A stretch of 63,508 bases of DNA, counting the filler, from Reticulomyxa filosa (taxonomy: Eukaryota; Protista; Foraminifera), in NCBI GenBank assembly GCA_000512085.1. It is 20 parts of 20 records of this genome, joined end to end, with 100 filler letters (N's around TTAATTAATTAA, not from the genome) between each part and the next. Parts side by side here need not be neighbours in the genome. Positions count along the whole stretch, not along the records: positions 37,159 to 39,139 come from ASPP01018399.1; positions 39,240 to 44,313 come from ASPP01034645.1; positions 44,414 to 55,455 come from ASPP01005122.1; 17 more parts are not named here. One strand, given 5' to 3'. The translations under genes were made by a program, and so were the position numbers. This document shows, one piece after another, positions 37,307 through 50,227 of the stretch (position 1 is its first letter; each line of letters begins with the position of its first letter). Below the pieces are notes generated by a model. The model made no database searches. It was not told where the DNA came from and saw only the letters and a list, made by a program, of their open reading frames with translations.

Positions 37307-38076
37307 TCACCAAAAAATCACTAAAAGCAAGACAACAAACAAAAACAACATTAAACAACAACAACCCTTGTCTTTCATCGATTTTTTGTATAAAAAGTCT
37401 GTTCTTTTAATATTTAAATCCAATTTGCTATTGGCCGTGTCCATTTCCGTTTCAATATCATCCATTACAACGCTTTGTCTCTCCAACTCAGATTGGATAG
37501 TATTGCCAATGCTTTGCAGAGTTCGTGTCCCCTGCAAAAGTGCTTCCAAGTCATCGTCATGTTGACGGATTTTTTCTTCATGCATTTGTCTCATTTCTTC
37601 ATTACTCCACACTGCTGTGTCCACTGTCTCGGATACTTGTGTTGAGTTGTGTTCAGTGTATTTATTGCCTTGCAATTGCTCACGATACATTTTGCACTCC
37701 TGCCCTATGTATGCAGTTTGTTTATTGTCGTCATGTTGCTATAATTTCCATTGTTATTTGTTTTTCGCTTTCCTAATACGCATATATGTTTACTTAGTTA
37801 TATGTTTATGAACCCAATACCAATTTTTTTAAGCATTTGAGATCTTCGTTTATACTCTTCTGTGCTCAAGTTGCTGTTGTCGTTCAAATCCGATTTTAAT
37901 TGTGGTATTCTCTCTTCTATTTTTTTTATTTCTGCTCTTGCAAGGCGTTTGTATTTCATCATCCCTTGTCTTTGATTTTTACGCTCGCACTGATTCATGC
38001 TGTCAACAGCGTCTTTTGCAGATCGTGCCATATGAGCAATCTCTTCAAATTCATGCATCCATTCTTGAGCCGACAT
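37307..38076 (-). CDS. Qc-SNARE, syntaxin-8/SYP5-like
   Basis: Exon 38076-37821 is Habc-like (LSTEEYKRRSQML), and the intron spans 37820-37705. Exon 37704-37307 carries the SNARE helix HDDDLEALLQG...IGNTIQSELERQ...MDDIETEMD and the C-terminal TM CCCLMLFLFVVLLLVIFW. Confidence 0.9.
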
Positions 38077-39504
38077 GTTATGTTGAGAGAGGAGAATAAG
38101 AAATTTGTAGCTATCTAAATTAATTCTAAAAAGAAAAACTAGGGAAAAAAAAATTGAACGCTAAACAAAACTTACAGCCAGAATTTTCTCAAATGAACTG
38201 CAAAAAGTAAAAGTAATTTTCTGGTAAGAATCAACGTTATTTTGCCGCAACAAATATATGGCTATTACTACTTTTTCTTTAATTCATCAGAATTAGTTAA
38301 ATAAAAAAATGCTAATACAAAATTGTTTGGAGCTGTACAAAAAAAGGGGCTACAAAGATAACGACAACAAGCAAAAAGCAAGTTGTTGACGGAGGAAGAT
38401 GTCTCCTGCTATGTGGTTAAAGGAAATGATTTTTTGAGCGGAAGAAAACGGCTTCCCTTGAAAAAAACAAGTGACACGGAAGAAATAACCCATTTAAAAC
38501 TTCTTCTTAACAGCACCCACTCTCGTAACTCCATTTTACATCTTTGAAGTGATAGTAATGCAATTTAAAAGTTCAAGAGTTTGATCTACCATAACATAAT
38601 ATTATTAAGCAATGCAATGTACTTGGACTTTGTTGAGAATGCTTCACGAGATGATGTAAAATTTCATTCAATGTACAATCGTGATGTGCGAAAATGGCGA
38701 ATGTTTTTGATCATTAAATAACACACATAGAGTTCTTGCTGGATGTTATGATATGAATTGATTCTGAAGTGAATGGATCGACTCGAACCAAATATCGAAT
38801 AAACTTTGAATATTCTTGGAATGTCTTTGACAGGATGTAGATTGAACCATGTCAATGTGAATGTAGAAATGTACAAATTTTGTCACTGTTCATCTTTTTT
38901 ATTTTTTTTAAAAAAATATGTTTAAAGAAAGAAAAGTGTACACATATCATAATAAATATATATACACACCATGATTGCAAAGGCAGCAATAATTCATTGC
39001 ATCCCCCCCTTTTTTTTTTTACAGTTACCCTTTTTTTTTTAATGCCCGCCTTCCACATTTTTTAAAATACTAGTGCCCCCCATTCTTTTTTTTTTTTTGA
39101 TTTGTGTCCATTTCTTTTATTTTTTAAATGTAATTACTTNNNNNNNNNNNNNNNNNNNNNNNNNNNNNNNNNNNNNNNNNNNNTTAATTAATTAANNNNN
39201 NNNNNNNNNNNNNNNNNNNNNNNNNNNNNNNNNNNNNNNAAAAAATAAGAAAATGAAAAGGAAAGAAAAAAAAATTAAAAATAAAAATCATTTTGTTTTT
39301 TCTTTTTTTTGTTCCTGAGTAAAGTTAAATATATTTTTTTATTTGTGATTTATTTTTAAAAAATACTTGATAATGTATAGAAACGATGTGCGGTTAACGA
39401 ACGTGTTGCTGTCTGACCATTATTGGATTTTTGGGTGTGGTCGTGCAAGTTGGATTATCGTTGCTGCAGCTGTCGTGTTAAGTTCCTGGTCGTTGGCAGG
39501 TTTG

Positions 39505-39665
39505 TTCATGTCGTCATCAATTTGCGTTCCTGCTAGTCGTGTTCCGATCGTTGAAATTAGTTGCAAGTTGTTACTGTTCATTACCAAGCTGCGTTCCTGC
39601 AAGCCGTGTTCCAGTCGTCGAAGTTGGTTGCAAGTTGTTCATAGTCATTACTAAGCTGCTGTTCC
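39505..39665. repeat. Degenerate ~67-bp tandem repeat (about 2.3 units)
   Basis: GCGTTCCTGC...GTGTTCC...GAA.TT.GTTGCAAGTTGTT occurs at 39524 and 39591, with a partial third unit near 39656. Confidence 0.7.
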
Positions 39666-41009
39666 ATATTTGATCTTGTGCGCGTAGTCGGATAATCAAT
39701 ATCGATTTTATTCCTTCGGCCGCAAAAGCTACGGTACATAGTATAAAATGTCTTTTTTTTTTATGTAGGAATAACACGTATATATTGTAGATTTGTCTGT
39801 GTGTAAATAGGTAATTTGGAAATCAAAAAGTATGAAAAAGGGGAAAAAATAGAGAAAAATTGCGTCGGAAACGTTGTATACGTATTGGTGGAGATGTGGA
39901 TTATTGACACTAACATTCGTTGGCAGTCCGGCAGAAAAGGGGTGAAAAAGTTGGTCAAGCCCCCACAAAAATGAGTTATTGATTTGTCGAGATGAAAAAT
40001 TATGGACATTACGATAATTCAAATTATTATACGTCCAACTCATCATCTTGTTCAATCTCAAATTCATATCATTTCGACTACATTCACATCCAATTCCCAT
40101 TCCTTCAAAATTGTGATCACCATCTATTGTGGATATGAAAGTGTTTTGTCATACGCGCAAAATGACATGTTATTTATTGGGAAGGACTTGACATATCGCA
40201 ATTACTACACATGGACCGTATGGCTATTAAAATGCCTCGGTGGCAAGTGGCAAAGAAATGTGCCGAAGAGTGTGGTAATCGCGCAACAACGTGTAAATGT
40301 GATGGCCAACGAAAGTCGTTCGAGTGACCAAAAGCGTAGAACATCATGAGCAAGCGTTTTGATATTATTGCGATCCGTCGAAATATCCAAAATTTGTCCT
40401 AAATAAACAGTTTGTGTTTTTGTGATTGTACAAAATAAATCAAAAAACTTCTTTTTTTTAAAAACTTATACGTACAAACATAAAAATAGATTCTGAGAAC
40501 AATCGGCGAGTCACTTGGGGAAAAGGTGATCATCCGAATCGAAAAGATCAAAAAACGAAGATTCCAAAAAAAAAAAAGATCATGCGAAAAGTTTTTATGG
40601 AAACATACTTGGCAGTGGTCGGCAACTATACGTACATGATGCCTCAAGGATAAAAAAATAATGTTATGTGATATGCCTCATCTCAGCCAAAGCAACAGCA
40701 GCATCCATAACCATTACGAGGTGGCAAGCACATGCAAGAACTTGGGCAGAACGAAAAGAAATGGACTTAGCGACGATCTCGTTGCCACAATGCGAAAGAA
40801 CCAATTGGAAGCCGTCGCAGCCTTCAAAGTTGATGTATAGAAGCAGCTGAACGGCGCTAAGTCATTGACGCGTAGTTGCTCTTACATTTCATTTCCTATC
40901 ATCAAAGTATTGGTGTCCATCGCTTGAAAGTTTAATTATTATATATATAAACAATACACTAACAGCAACATACTCAAACAATATACTTACTTTATCTTAG
41001 TATGTGCCG

Positions 41010-44000
41010 CTTAAAATATTTATAGATATTTAATTGGGCAAGTGGAGATAGAAGTGTACGAGTAGTGTGGAAAATAGCTCTTTACTCAAGTACACGATAC
41101 GAAGGCTGCTTCTGGTCTGGATTCACTTGAAGCAGATTGGCACGGTGTTGTTCTATTGCCATTTATGGTACAGCGACAATGGCAATAGTAACAGTAGTAT
41201 CAATAATGGCGATTCAAGAAGGCGAATACTGTGGCAGTCACAAATCAAATTGTAAAAAGATCGAATTTTATTTGCCACGACAACATGCACATGTGCCCAC
41301 ATTTTCTCCATACAGATATTTGATATTTGTCCAACAATGAACAAATCAATGTCATTTGATAGCACGTATTAGGTGGAGATTCGATGTCGCTGTTTTTATT
41401 TGGATGAGTATACTTTTTTTAAAAGTAGAAATGTCCATAACAGATTGGAGGGAAACAAAAGTCAATTAGGTGTGTTTTTTTAACTGCCTCCATTTGTATT
41501 GCGAACCCAAGTTGTGATCAACACATTATGATATACAGATCTTCAAGTTGAAAATGAGGTGTCGATTGGCTAGCGCAAGTGAAGTTTAAAGATTGGAAAC
41601 TTGTTCAAGGTAGTGTGTTGTTCGTCTGAAATGTTTTCTTTTTTTGAAAGTGTAGTTTGGTTTTTTGTTGTGCAATTTGCACTAAACTGTTTTGTTTTTA
41701 ATTTTTTTAATTTCTTATTTGAAAAAAAAGGGGGCAACGCAAGCCTCGTCAGTATCTACAAAGATTTTCAACTCATTATAATTTTTTATCTTTTTACTGA
41801 AGGGTGTCTTTTTGCATTAAAAAAAGTGGCTACATTAACAAAATATAAATGAAATATCTTTATAAGTATCAAATTGTTTTACACTGAGAAAATGTCAGGA
41901 CGATAACCGAACTGACTTTGAAGCAAATATAACTTAATAAAAAAAAATATGTATCTTAATTCTATCAGATATTCAAGTGCTTGGATTTTATAAGTTGTAA
42001 CCACTGCAGAGCAAACAAAAATCTGACCAAAGGTGTGTCGCAATGACGACATGTTACACTTACAATACACAAAAATCATCAAAACAACACAGCGCAAGAA
42101 TATCATGCTCACAAAATCTATAAGAAGGAAAAAAATTAAAAAAAACAAAAAGCAGGGGAGCGGAGAAAAAAAACAAAAACTGAAGGCAAGTCAAAGGAGG
42201 GAGAAAAAGAAAAATAAGCAATTTTCGTCAAGTCGCCAAGACATTTTTTTGGCTACCTTGGGACTTTAGAATGCGATCTATGACTAGCAATTGTGCGCAC
42301 GATACTCCATCGGTATTGTCGGCGTTTTTTCTATTTCGATACGCATACACAAGTTTTGTTTTAATTGCAAGCTTTAATAAGCAAAAAAAAAAAAAGTGAC
42401 GCCCCACTCTTGATCTTTTGGAGTAAATAGAAGGAAAGAAAGAGTTTGAATATCCTGCGGATAATTTAACTTCAACAAAACCAGCAATAACTCTCGGCCA
42501 AATAACCTTTTTGTCGGTGTCGACCAAGGCTTCGACGGCATCTTCACTCCAAATCGTTAACGCCCGTTCCGCGACAGAGTGATGTTTAGACTTCATACAC
42601 GTGACTAGCTGGTCTATGACCGCCAATAAAATATCCCAATACGATTGCAAATCGAATCCGTTCTTGTGGTTGATCACGGCATTGATGATATTGACAACTT
42701 TCGCTATGGACATTTCCTCTTTGGTTGGTGATCGAACAGGCCAATACAAATTATATGTGATCAATCCAAAAAAAAAAAGTAATTAACTATTCGAGGTACA
42801 ATGAACATGGCGAATACGATCACTGATGGTCAATGTATTCCAGTGAGAGTGACAGAGATTCCTCGGTTGTGCTGGTGCCGTGCTGGCATCTACTTGACTG
42901 CGCAAAAAGTGTTGCAGTCACTTAATAGATCTGAAAATGTGATTAACTTCTTGGAAAAAACAAAGATTATGCGTTGGTTTTCAATGGACACAGGTATTGA
43001 ATTTTTTATTTTTTAATACAGTTGTAATATATATATACATATATGTATATGGACGTGTCAATTTTATTTTAGCGGCTCTTTTTTCTCTCTTGCAAAAAAA
43101 AAACATAAATGAATTAGCCTTGGTGCTGGTGTAAGCGTAGTTTTAGCAGAGTTTTTGAAGCATGGAAGTGAGAATGTGTTTCATTCCAGCTACAAAAATC
43201 GACCTTTTCGCGCGTTTGCATTTGCGCCACCACCGCTATTTGACGAACATTATTGTCGTCAGTTCTTATCTCAAAGTGAATCGTATTTATGTACATTTAT
43301 TTACAGTAAAGATATGGTACCAAGATTGAGTTGGTGAGGCGTAGTGAAAATCCGCGCAGCCATTCCAAGATTGTTGCAACAATGCAAACGCACGCAGTGG
43401 TGGGTATATCAAGCCTCCGTATTGGAAGATCGTACGACTATTTTAGATGCATTAGACTCAGATAGTGGATTCATTTGTGGTAAGGACAGAGACAATCGTG
43501 ATCGTGATTATGATGATGATGATGACGACAATGACATCGCTGTCGATATTGATAATGACACCGATCATATTAATCATAGTAATGATACTGAATTGCAAAA
43601 GAGTAATCAAATCCCGAAAAATATGCCTAACTCAGAGAGTGACCTGATATTTGAAAGTAGACATCACCAGGCACATTCCTCCATCACCGGATCCTCACTA
43701 GAGCAAATATTATTGTTAAGACAAAGGGAGAGGGATACGGACTTGCTCTGAACTTTTTTAATTCGTTACTCTCAATTTGTCGCTTTTTTTTTTATACTTT
43801 TTTTTTAAAAAAAAGGAGAGCAGCTGATCCTGGTTATGTTACATTTCGAAAAGAAATTCGCACAGCTTATAATAGCATTCGAAACAAAACAGTCAAACAA
43901 GGTCTTGTCAGCCCAGAATTGTGGCATGTCAAGACCTCCCATTTAGGCAAATTGTTTCCATATTTGTATCAAAGATATGAAAACAATGAACACAAAGGCG

Positions 44001-44276
44001 TGCGAAAAGAAGGCCAATTATCAACGATTCGCGCAATTGCACTGGTGTAAACGCTGGCTCTATCTCCTCCGGCAAATTTGTGTGGATTGTTGCTGCGATG
44101 GACTTTGGAATTGTTTGCGGTGCAAGCCTTGTCATGAAAATGAAGGTAATGATGAATACATTGTGTATCGCTCTAATCCATTCAATTTTTCTGGAAAAAT
44201 GCTTGTCAGCGGAAGAGATGTTAGTGATCACATGCCATACATTTATCAATCTATACTGCAGCATCTTAATTTCTAA
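41010..44276 (+). pseudogene. Diacylglycerol-lipase-like class 3 lipase, disrupted
   Basis: IRGTMNMANTITD, the nucleophile elbow DYALVFNGHS|LGAGVS (split by an intron), AFAFAPPP, KDMVPRLS and the C-terminal SDHMPYIY are all present. There is an in-frame TGA at 43335, a poly-A frameshift at ~42960, and decayed 5' exons. Confidence 0.8.
42465..42760 (-). pseudogene. PP2A B56 (B') regulatory subunit C-terminal fragment
   Basis: YWPVRSPTKEEM...LLAVIDQLVTCMKSKHHSVAERALTIWS...KVIWPRV matches the B56 consensus YWPKT.S.KEV...C..S.HFQVAERAL..W. The fragment is isolated. Confidence 0.85.
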
Positions 44277-46215
44277 TGTATTGATCCACTTTTGCCTGTT
44301 TTTTTTTTTTTTTNNNNNNNNNNNNNNNNNNNNNNNNNNNNNNNNNNNNNNNNNNNNTTAATTAATTAANNNNNNNNNNNNNNNNNNNNNNNNNNNNNNN
44401 NNNNNNNNNNNNNTTAATTAAAAATAAAAAAAAAAAGGGCTATAAAAAAAAAAATTTTCGTCGTTTACATCAAAGAAAAAAGAGCAAGGTGAGAGGGGGG
44501 GGGGGACAACTTTGTCTTGGTGGTCATGAAATTATATAAACATATTTTTTGGTCTACAATGTTTTTGAACCAGTTTGCTTTTTAATTTTCCAAAAATTCT
44601 AAGAACACGCTTAAAAAAAACACAATGACAAAAAAACACCATTTGCCATAGATCCATCAACCAATGTTAATCGCCATGATAAAACAAACAGGTATTGACC
44701 TAATAAATACAGCAAAAAGGTCATATGCTCTAATGATGTTGGGATTTTTCCCCGTGAAGGAAAAAAAATTCTCTTTGACAATCTACTTTTTCAACAAAAC
44801 CAAAGTAAATGAGGTTCATACCAGTTGTGATACTGGCCTGATGATGACACTAGGAATACAAAGTTGTGCTTGTAATATAACCAGAAACTAAAATCTCCAG
44901 ATAGATGTCATTATCACATAACACCACATAAATATTTCAAGGAATAGACATGTCAATGTAAATGATCTTTAAAAACATTTTAATGTAATAAAGTTAGAAA
45001 AAAATTATTCATTTAAATATTTAAAAAAATTAGGTATTGATTTTCATTCACATAAACAAATATTATTTACTTTGAATAGAAATTTGACCAAGAAATTGCC
45101 TATTTTTAACTTTTGTAAGATAAAAAATTTAGACATTTTTCTATCTGTCCAAAACTACTTGCAACGGAAAAACAAAGTGGAAGGACTTCTGTAATGTTCT
45201 ATGATTCCATCTATGCCAATATAAAAATTACAAAAACAATGTATGTAAGCGTTTGGTAAGATATTACAATGTATTTTTAAATTTAAAAGTAGAACAAGTG
45301 AAACCTAATACAAACGCATTTGACAACAACCATCTTTTTTATAGCGTGTTAAATAAAATTATTTTAAAAATTTAATGTATTCTAATTTGTGTCTAAAAAA
45401 AATTAATTTTACATCATTTATCATTAATATCAACTTTTGCAAAAAAAGTTATATTTTGTATGAGATTGAATGCAGAAGCAACTATATACTGCGACATCTA
45501 TGAAGGAATTTGAAGAATCAATTTGAAGATTTTTAAAGATTCGTATTATAAAGTTTGTTGCGAAAGACGCTCAAAGACAATATTCAAAAAAAAAAATACT
45601 AAAAAAAATATTTAGTAAATTTTTTTATACTAGTTGAAAATATAATATTGTGAAATGTCATATATCTATAAACTAATCAACTAGCCAAACGAATTTTCAT
45701 GAAATATGATGCTAATAATATAATCAACAAGCCACTTTGCTACAGAACAAGTAAATTAAATCACTTTAAAACTTTTTTGATTATGATAAGTGTTTAATTT
45801 TTTTTTTTTGATTTTTTAAATTTGTTAAGTATTGAATATCAATATTACTTCAAAAACAAGGAATCATATGATTATGCTTAGCAATGCTCCTGCAATACCC
45901 ACTGACTATTAACATGGAATAGATAAAATTGTTTTCATAACAGTTTACTGATCCGACTTATAATCTTTGAGATTTTATTTGTTTTTTAAATATTTTGAAG
46001 TCCAATCAAAACTTAAAATTATGTTCCATTGCTTGTTATTGTCTGTTGTGTGATTTTGAGAAATTTCGAGAACTTTTTACTTTTGCTTTTTATGATAAGA
46101 GACTCTTTTTTAACTAGAAGATGAAAAATAGAAATTGGAGAAACCTACTTACAAGGTTATTGCACATATATGTACTATTTAACTGCTAGCAAAAATTGCA
46201 TTAAACAAAAAGACT

Positions 46216-48776
46216 TCATTCACAAACACGAATGTGGCCTTTGTATGAGCCATAATATAGACTAGCACTGTAATTATCGTTTGATTTTTGTTCAATATTC
46301 TTTATTTTCTTTTTCAATGGCACAAATTTAAGACAACATATTCCGCCATCTTCATTTTCATTTCCTTTAATCACATGCAATTGATTTTTATTTGACCGAA
46401 TATCCCAAAAACGAATTGTATTATCTCTTGATGCAGAACATATCACATTTGAACTATCATTATTCTTTATTACAAATGGTGAATATTCAACAGCATATAC
46501 ATAGCTTGTATGTTCATTGAATACTTGAATTTGTTGGCAAGATCGAATATCCCACAAACGAACGCTTGCATCTTCTGATCCAGATAATATTGTATTTCCT
46601 AATTCATTTGATCTATATTTTACACTCCATATACAATCTTTGTGTCCTTTGAATACAATCAATGATTTGGCTGTTTCGACATCCCATATACGAATAGTAT
46701 TATCATTTGATCCAGAACAAATTGTATATCCATTACCACCAATCACGCCAATACTATTACTTTTATTATTATTGCTTTGTAGTGGTGAAAAATCAACACA
46801 CCGGACCCAATTTTCATGTGCATTGAAAATATTTACTGATTTGGATGTTTCAACATCCCATAGACGAACAGTCCAATCTCCAGATCCAGAACACAAATAT
46901 CGACCATTATTAAATGGCGAAAATTCAATGCCACAAACAGCACCAGTATGTCCATTAAATAAATTTAATTGTTGATTATGTTTAATATCCCAAAAGCGAA
47001 TTGTTTTGTCCGATGATGAAGAACAGATAATATTACAACAATGATTATAGTAATGATACGATGAAAATTTCACACAGTATACATAATCGGAATGTCCATT
47101 AAATGATCGAATTTGTTTGTTAGTGTTAATATCCCATACACGAACTGTATTATCATTTGACCCAGAGCAAATAAATTGTCTATCATTGAATGTTGAATAA
47201 TCAATACTCCAAATAATATTGGTATGTCCAGTGAGTGTATTGACTAATTTGGATGATGAACGAAACAAGTCAAAATTTGATAAAGATGACTGATTGGATT
47301 TGACTTGTAATAATGGATTATTGTATTCACTTGTTTTATCTTCATTATGATTAACATTTATTTGATTAATTTGATCTTTGCTTGATTTAGTTTCATTTTT
47401 CAATTGTTCAATTTCAGTTAGTAGGTTGTCCTAATCGATGTTATTTTATTTGTTTGTGTTGTAAACTGAAATACAAAAACAAAACCTACCAACTGTTGTT
47501 TTAAGATTATGTTGTCGTTATTTATTTTTGAAACCACTTCATTTTGTTTTTTTTCATTTAGTTGCCTTTCTGACTTTAAATGTTTGATATCATCCTATAT
47601 TTATTATTTTATTCTTATTACTATCATTGATTACATGATTTGGATTACTGGCTCAAGTGATAGTACACATATATTATACTGACAAATTTTTTAAAAAATG
47701 GCAAGTGTTTACATTTAGTTCCTCAATTTGTTTGTGTTGCGCATCGCTGTTTCTTTTCACAGGTCCTTCCAATTTGTTCGTGCAAATGTTACATTCACCT
47801 TGGCATTGTTCAAATTGCTTCTTGAATTGAATAATATTTTGGTCAATTTCTAATTTCAATTGTTGGATATTTTTTGTCAATTCGGCTATTTGTGCATCTT
47901 TTTTCACAGATTCACATTGTAAATCATCAATTTGTTTCTATTGCATTTTAACAATTCAAGGAGTAAGTAATCAATAAAAAAATCACAAAAAATATTCTAA
48001 AAATAGAAATGTGTACATTAAGTTGTTGAATTTGTTTGCTTTTTTTATTGTCACTTTCTTTCAGATTTTCAATTTCCTTTTTATTTTTTAAATGAGCTTC
48101 TTTTAATTCTTCCTTTTTTTTTTTTATGTTTGTGTATTTTTCCTTTGTTTTTATGATTTTATAATGATTACAATTCATAAATAAACGATGACGAAACCGT
48201 TTGTAATTTTTCCGTTTGCAATTGCGATTGCAATTCTTTGACCAATGAAATAATTTGCTCAATTGAAATTAATTGGCATGACTTGTCCAAATGATCTTTC
48301 ATTTCCTTTATTTTTCCTTTGTGATTGCATTTGCTTTTTGAAGTCCAATTGGTTTCGTCTTCGTATCCTTCTTTTTCTCCTGGTCTTATCCCTTCTTTCG
48401 ATTTTCTCTGTTCCAAATCATATTGTCGAGGACAGACTACTAATAAATCTGAAACTTGCTGTCTCGCTATTCTATTTTTTGAAAATTCGCAATTATCATG
48501 CTGTTGAATTGGGCATTTGCCATTGTTTTGCTTTAAATACGTTTGTAGACATTCTTCTCCGATCAAATATACTTGGTCTGCATTTTCGTGCTCATTGCAT
48601 TGTAATTCTACTGCGTTATTTGCAACTTGATTGCAAAGACAACATATTAATGGGTTTAAATTCTGTAGTCTGTTGGTCAAAAAAATCCAGTCTTTGTCAT
48701 AACAACCAGAACTGGAAAATATTTCTTTTTCATGTTTCAATTTTTTCCCATCCCTTTCCAAATTCAAGGCTAACAT
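46216..48776 (-). CDS. RING - TRAF-type Zn finger - coiled coil - WD40 protein (TRAF7-like architecture, putative E3 ligase)
   Basis: CCLCNQVANNAVELQCNEH...GEECL...CP (variant RING) is followed by CP...CNHKGKIKEMKDHLDKSC (TRAF finger). Several short coiled-coil exons lead to ~7 divergent WD40 repeats in 47403-46216. Confidence 0.85.
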
Positions 48777-49210
48777 TAGCGTTTCTTTATCTTGATGAAG
48801 AGTTTTTTCCAAATAGTTTTTGTTTAGAAAGGGACCCACTTTTTAGCGTGGTTTTTTTTTAGAGCATTCAATATCTTGCATAACGTGTTCTTAATTTAAA
48901 AAGATAAACTGTACATTCAGTTGATGAAAGCAACAAGGACAAAGTATTGTTCTTTGAAGATAATTTCAAAAGAAGATTAATACCGCTCTTGGATTATTGC
49001 TATAATTTTTTTTCACTTCGCAACGAGAATATACAAAAGATGAAAGATAGTATAGAGTTGGAATGTCATTGTGTAATCCCTTAAACGTTTATTGATATCA
49101 TTAATTTTTATGAAGGAGAAGTTGGCATATTTCTAGAGAATTTGAGCAGAAAAACTTTTACAAAAAAAAAGACTTTGAAATTGGTTTTTGAACTCCTTAA
49201 AGAGTTTGAA

Positions 49211-49998
49211 ATGCGCACACTTCAAGTTGCGACCAATCATGTTGTTGGTGCAAATAAAGATGCTGAATCTTTGGCTACTGTTACAAATGAGAGAAGATCT
49301 CTAACTCAGTACTCGGTAACCTACTCTCTTTTTCTCTTTTTGTGTATTATTTATGATTAAAAATGAAAAAATTTGTTTTATTATTAGTTAAAAGAAGCAA
49401 TAAAGATTGTTATTAAAAATTGGTTAACAATTGTAGAAATAAAATTGGATGAATTGATGAATTTGATATATTGGTTACTAAATATGTTAAGTATAATTTA
49501 TAATTAATTATTTTAAATTATTAAATATTTTACAAGAACATACTGATAAAATAAATAGTGTAAGATTGTTTCAGCATCAGATGATATGACAATTTGAATA
49601 TGGAATTCTTCATCAGGAGAAGAAATTACATTCTCATTGGGTAAAAGTTACAGAATTTTCTCCTAATAAAAATATGATTATATATTACAAATCAAGAATT
49701 TATTGTTTCATGCTCACGTGATAATACAATTCAAATATGGAATGTATAATCTGGAGAATTACTTAAAATATTAAAAGGACATTTATCTGTTATTTATGAA
49801 GTACAATCTTTTTCAAATAATCAAATTATTATATCTTGTTCAACTGATAAAACAATTCGTTTATAGAATGTTAAAACGGGATATGAAATACAAAGATTAA
49901 ATTAACATTCTAGTACAGTAAGATGTGAGGATATTTCATTCAATGAAAGTACAATTGTATCAGGATCTGGAGATTGTGCAATTAGAATTTGGAGATAA
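49211..49998 (+). pseudogene. WD40-family pseudogene
   Basis: KIVSASDDMTI*IW, SCSRDNTIQIW, GHLSVIYEVQ, SCSTDKTIRL* and SGSGDCAIRIW occur with multiple stops and frameshifts. Confidence 0.85.
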
Positions 49999-50227
49999 AA
50001 TAATAATAATTCGAGTTTTACATTGACCGTTTTTCTTTGTTGGTGGGAGTATTCATTTTCAATTTTTTTAAACTCTTTTTATGTTTTTAGTGAAAACTTG
50101 TCACTCATGAATTGGAAGTTGAAAACAACCTTAAAAAGTTTATTTTTGAATTTTGAAGAAAATCATTATGCAAAAACAAGAAAATATGTTTTATTTTATT
50201 TGTTTATTTTAATTTTTTAAAAGATAT

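Noticed and set aside
43335-43337. Stop-codon reassignment or readthrough explaining in-frame stops (with altered eRF1)
   Set aside because: Intact genes end in TGA or TAA, long ORFs lack internal stops, disrupted genes also have frameshifts, and the eRF1 copy is plainly dead.
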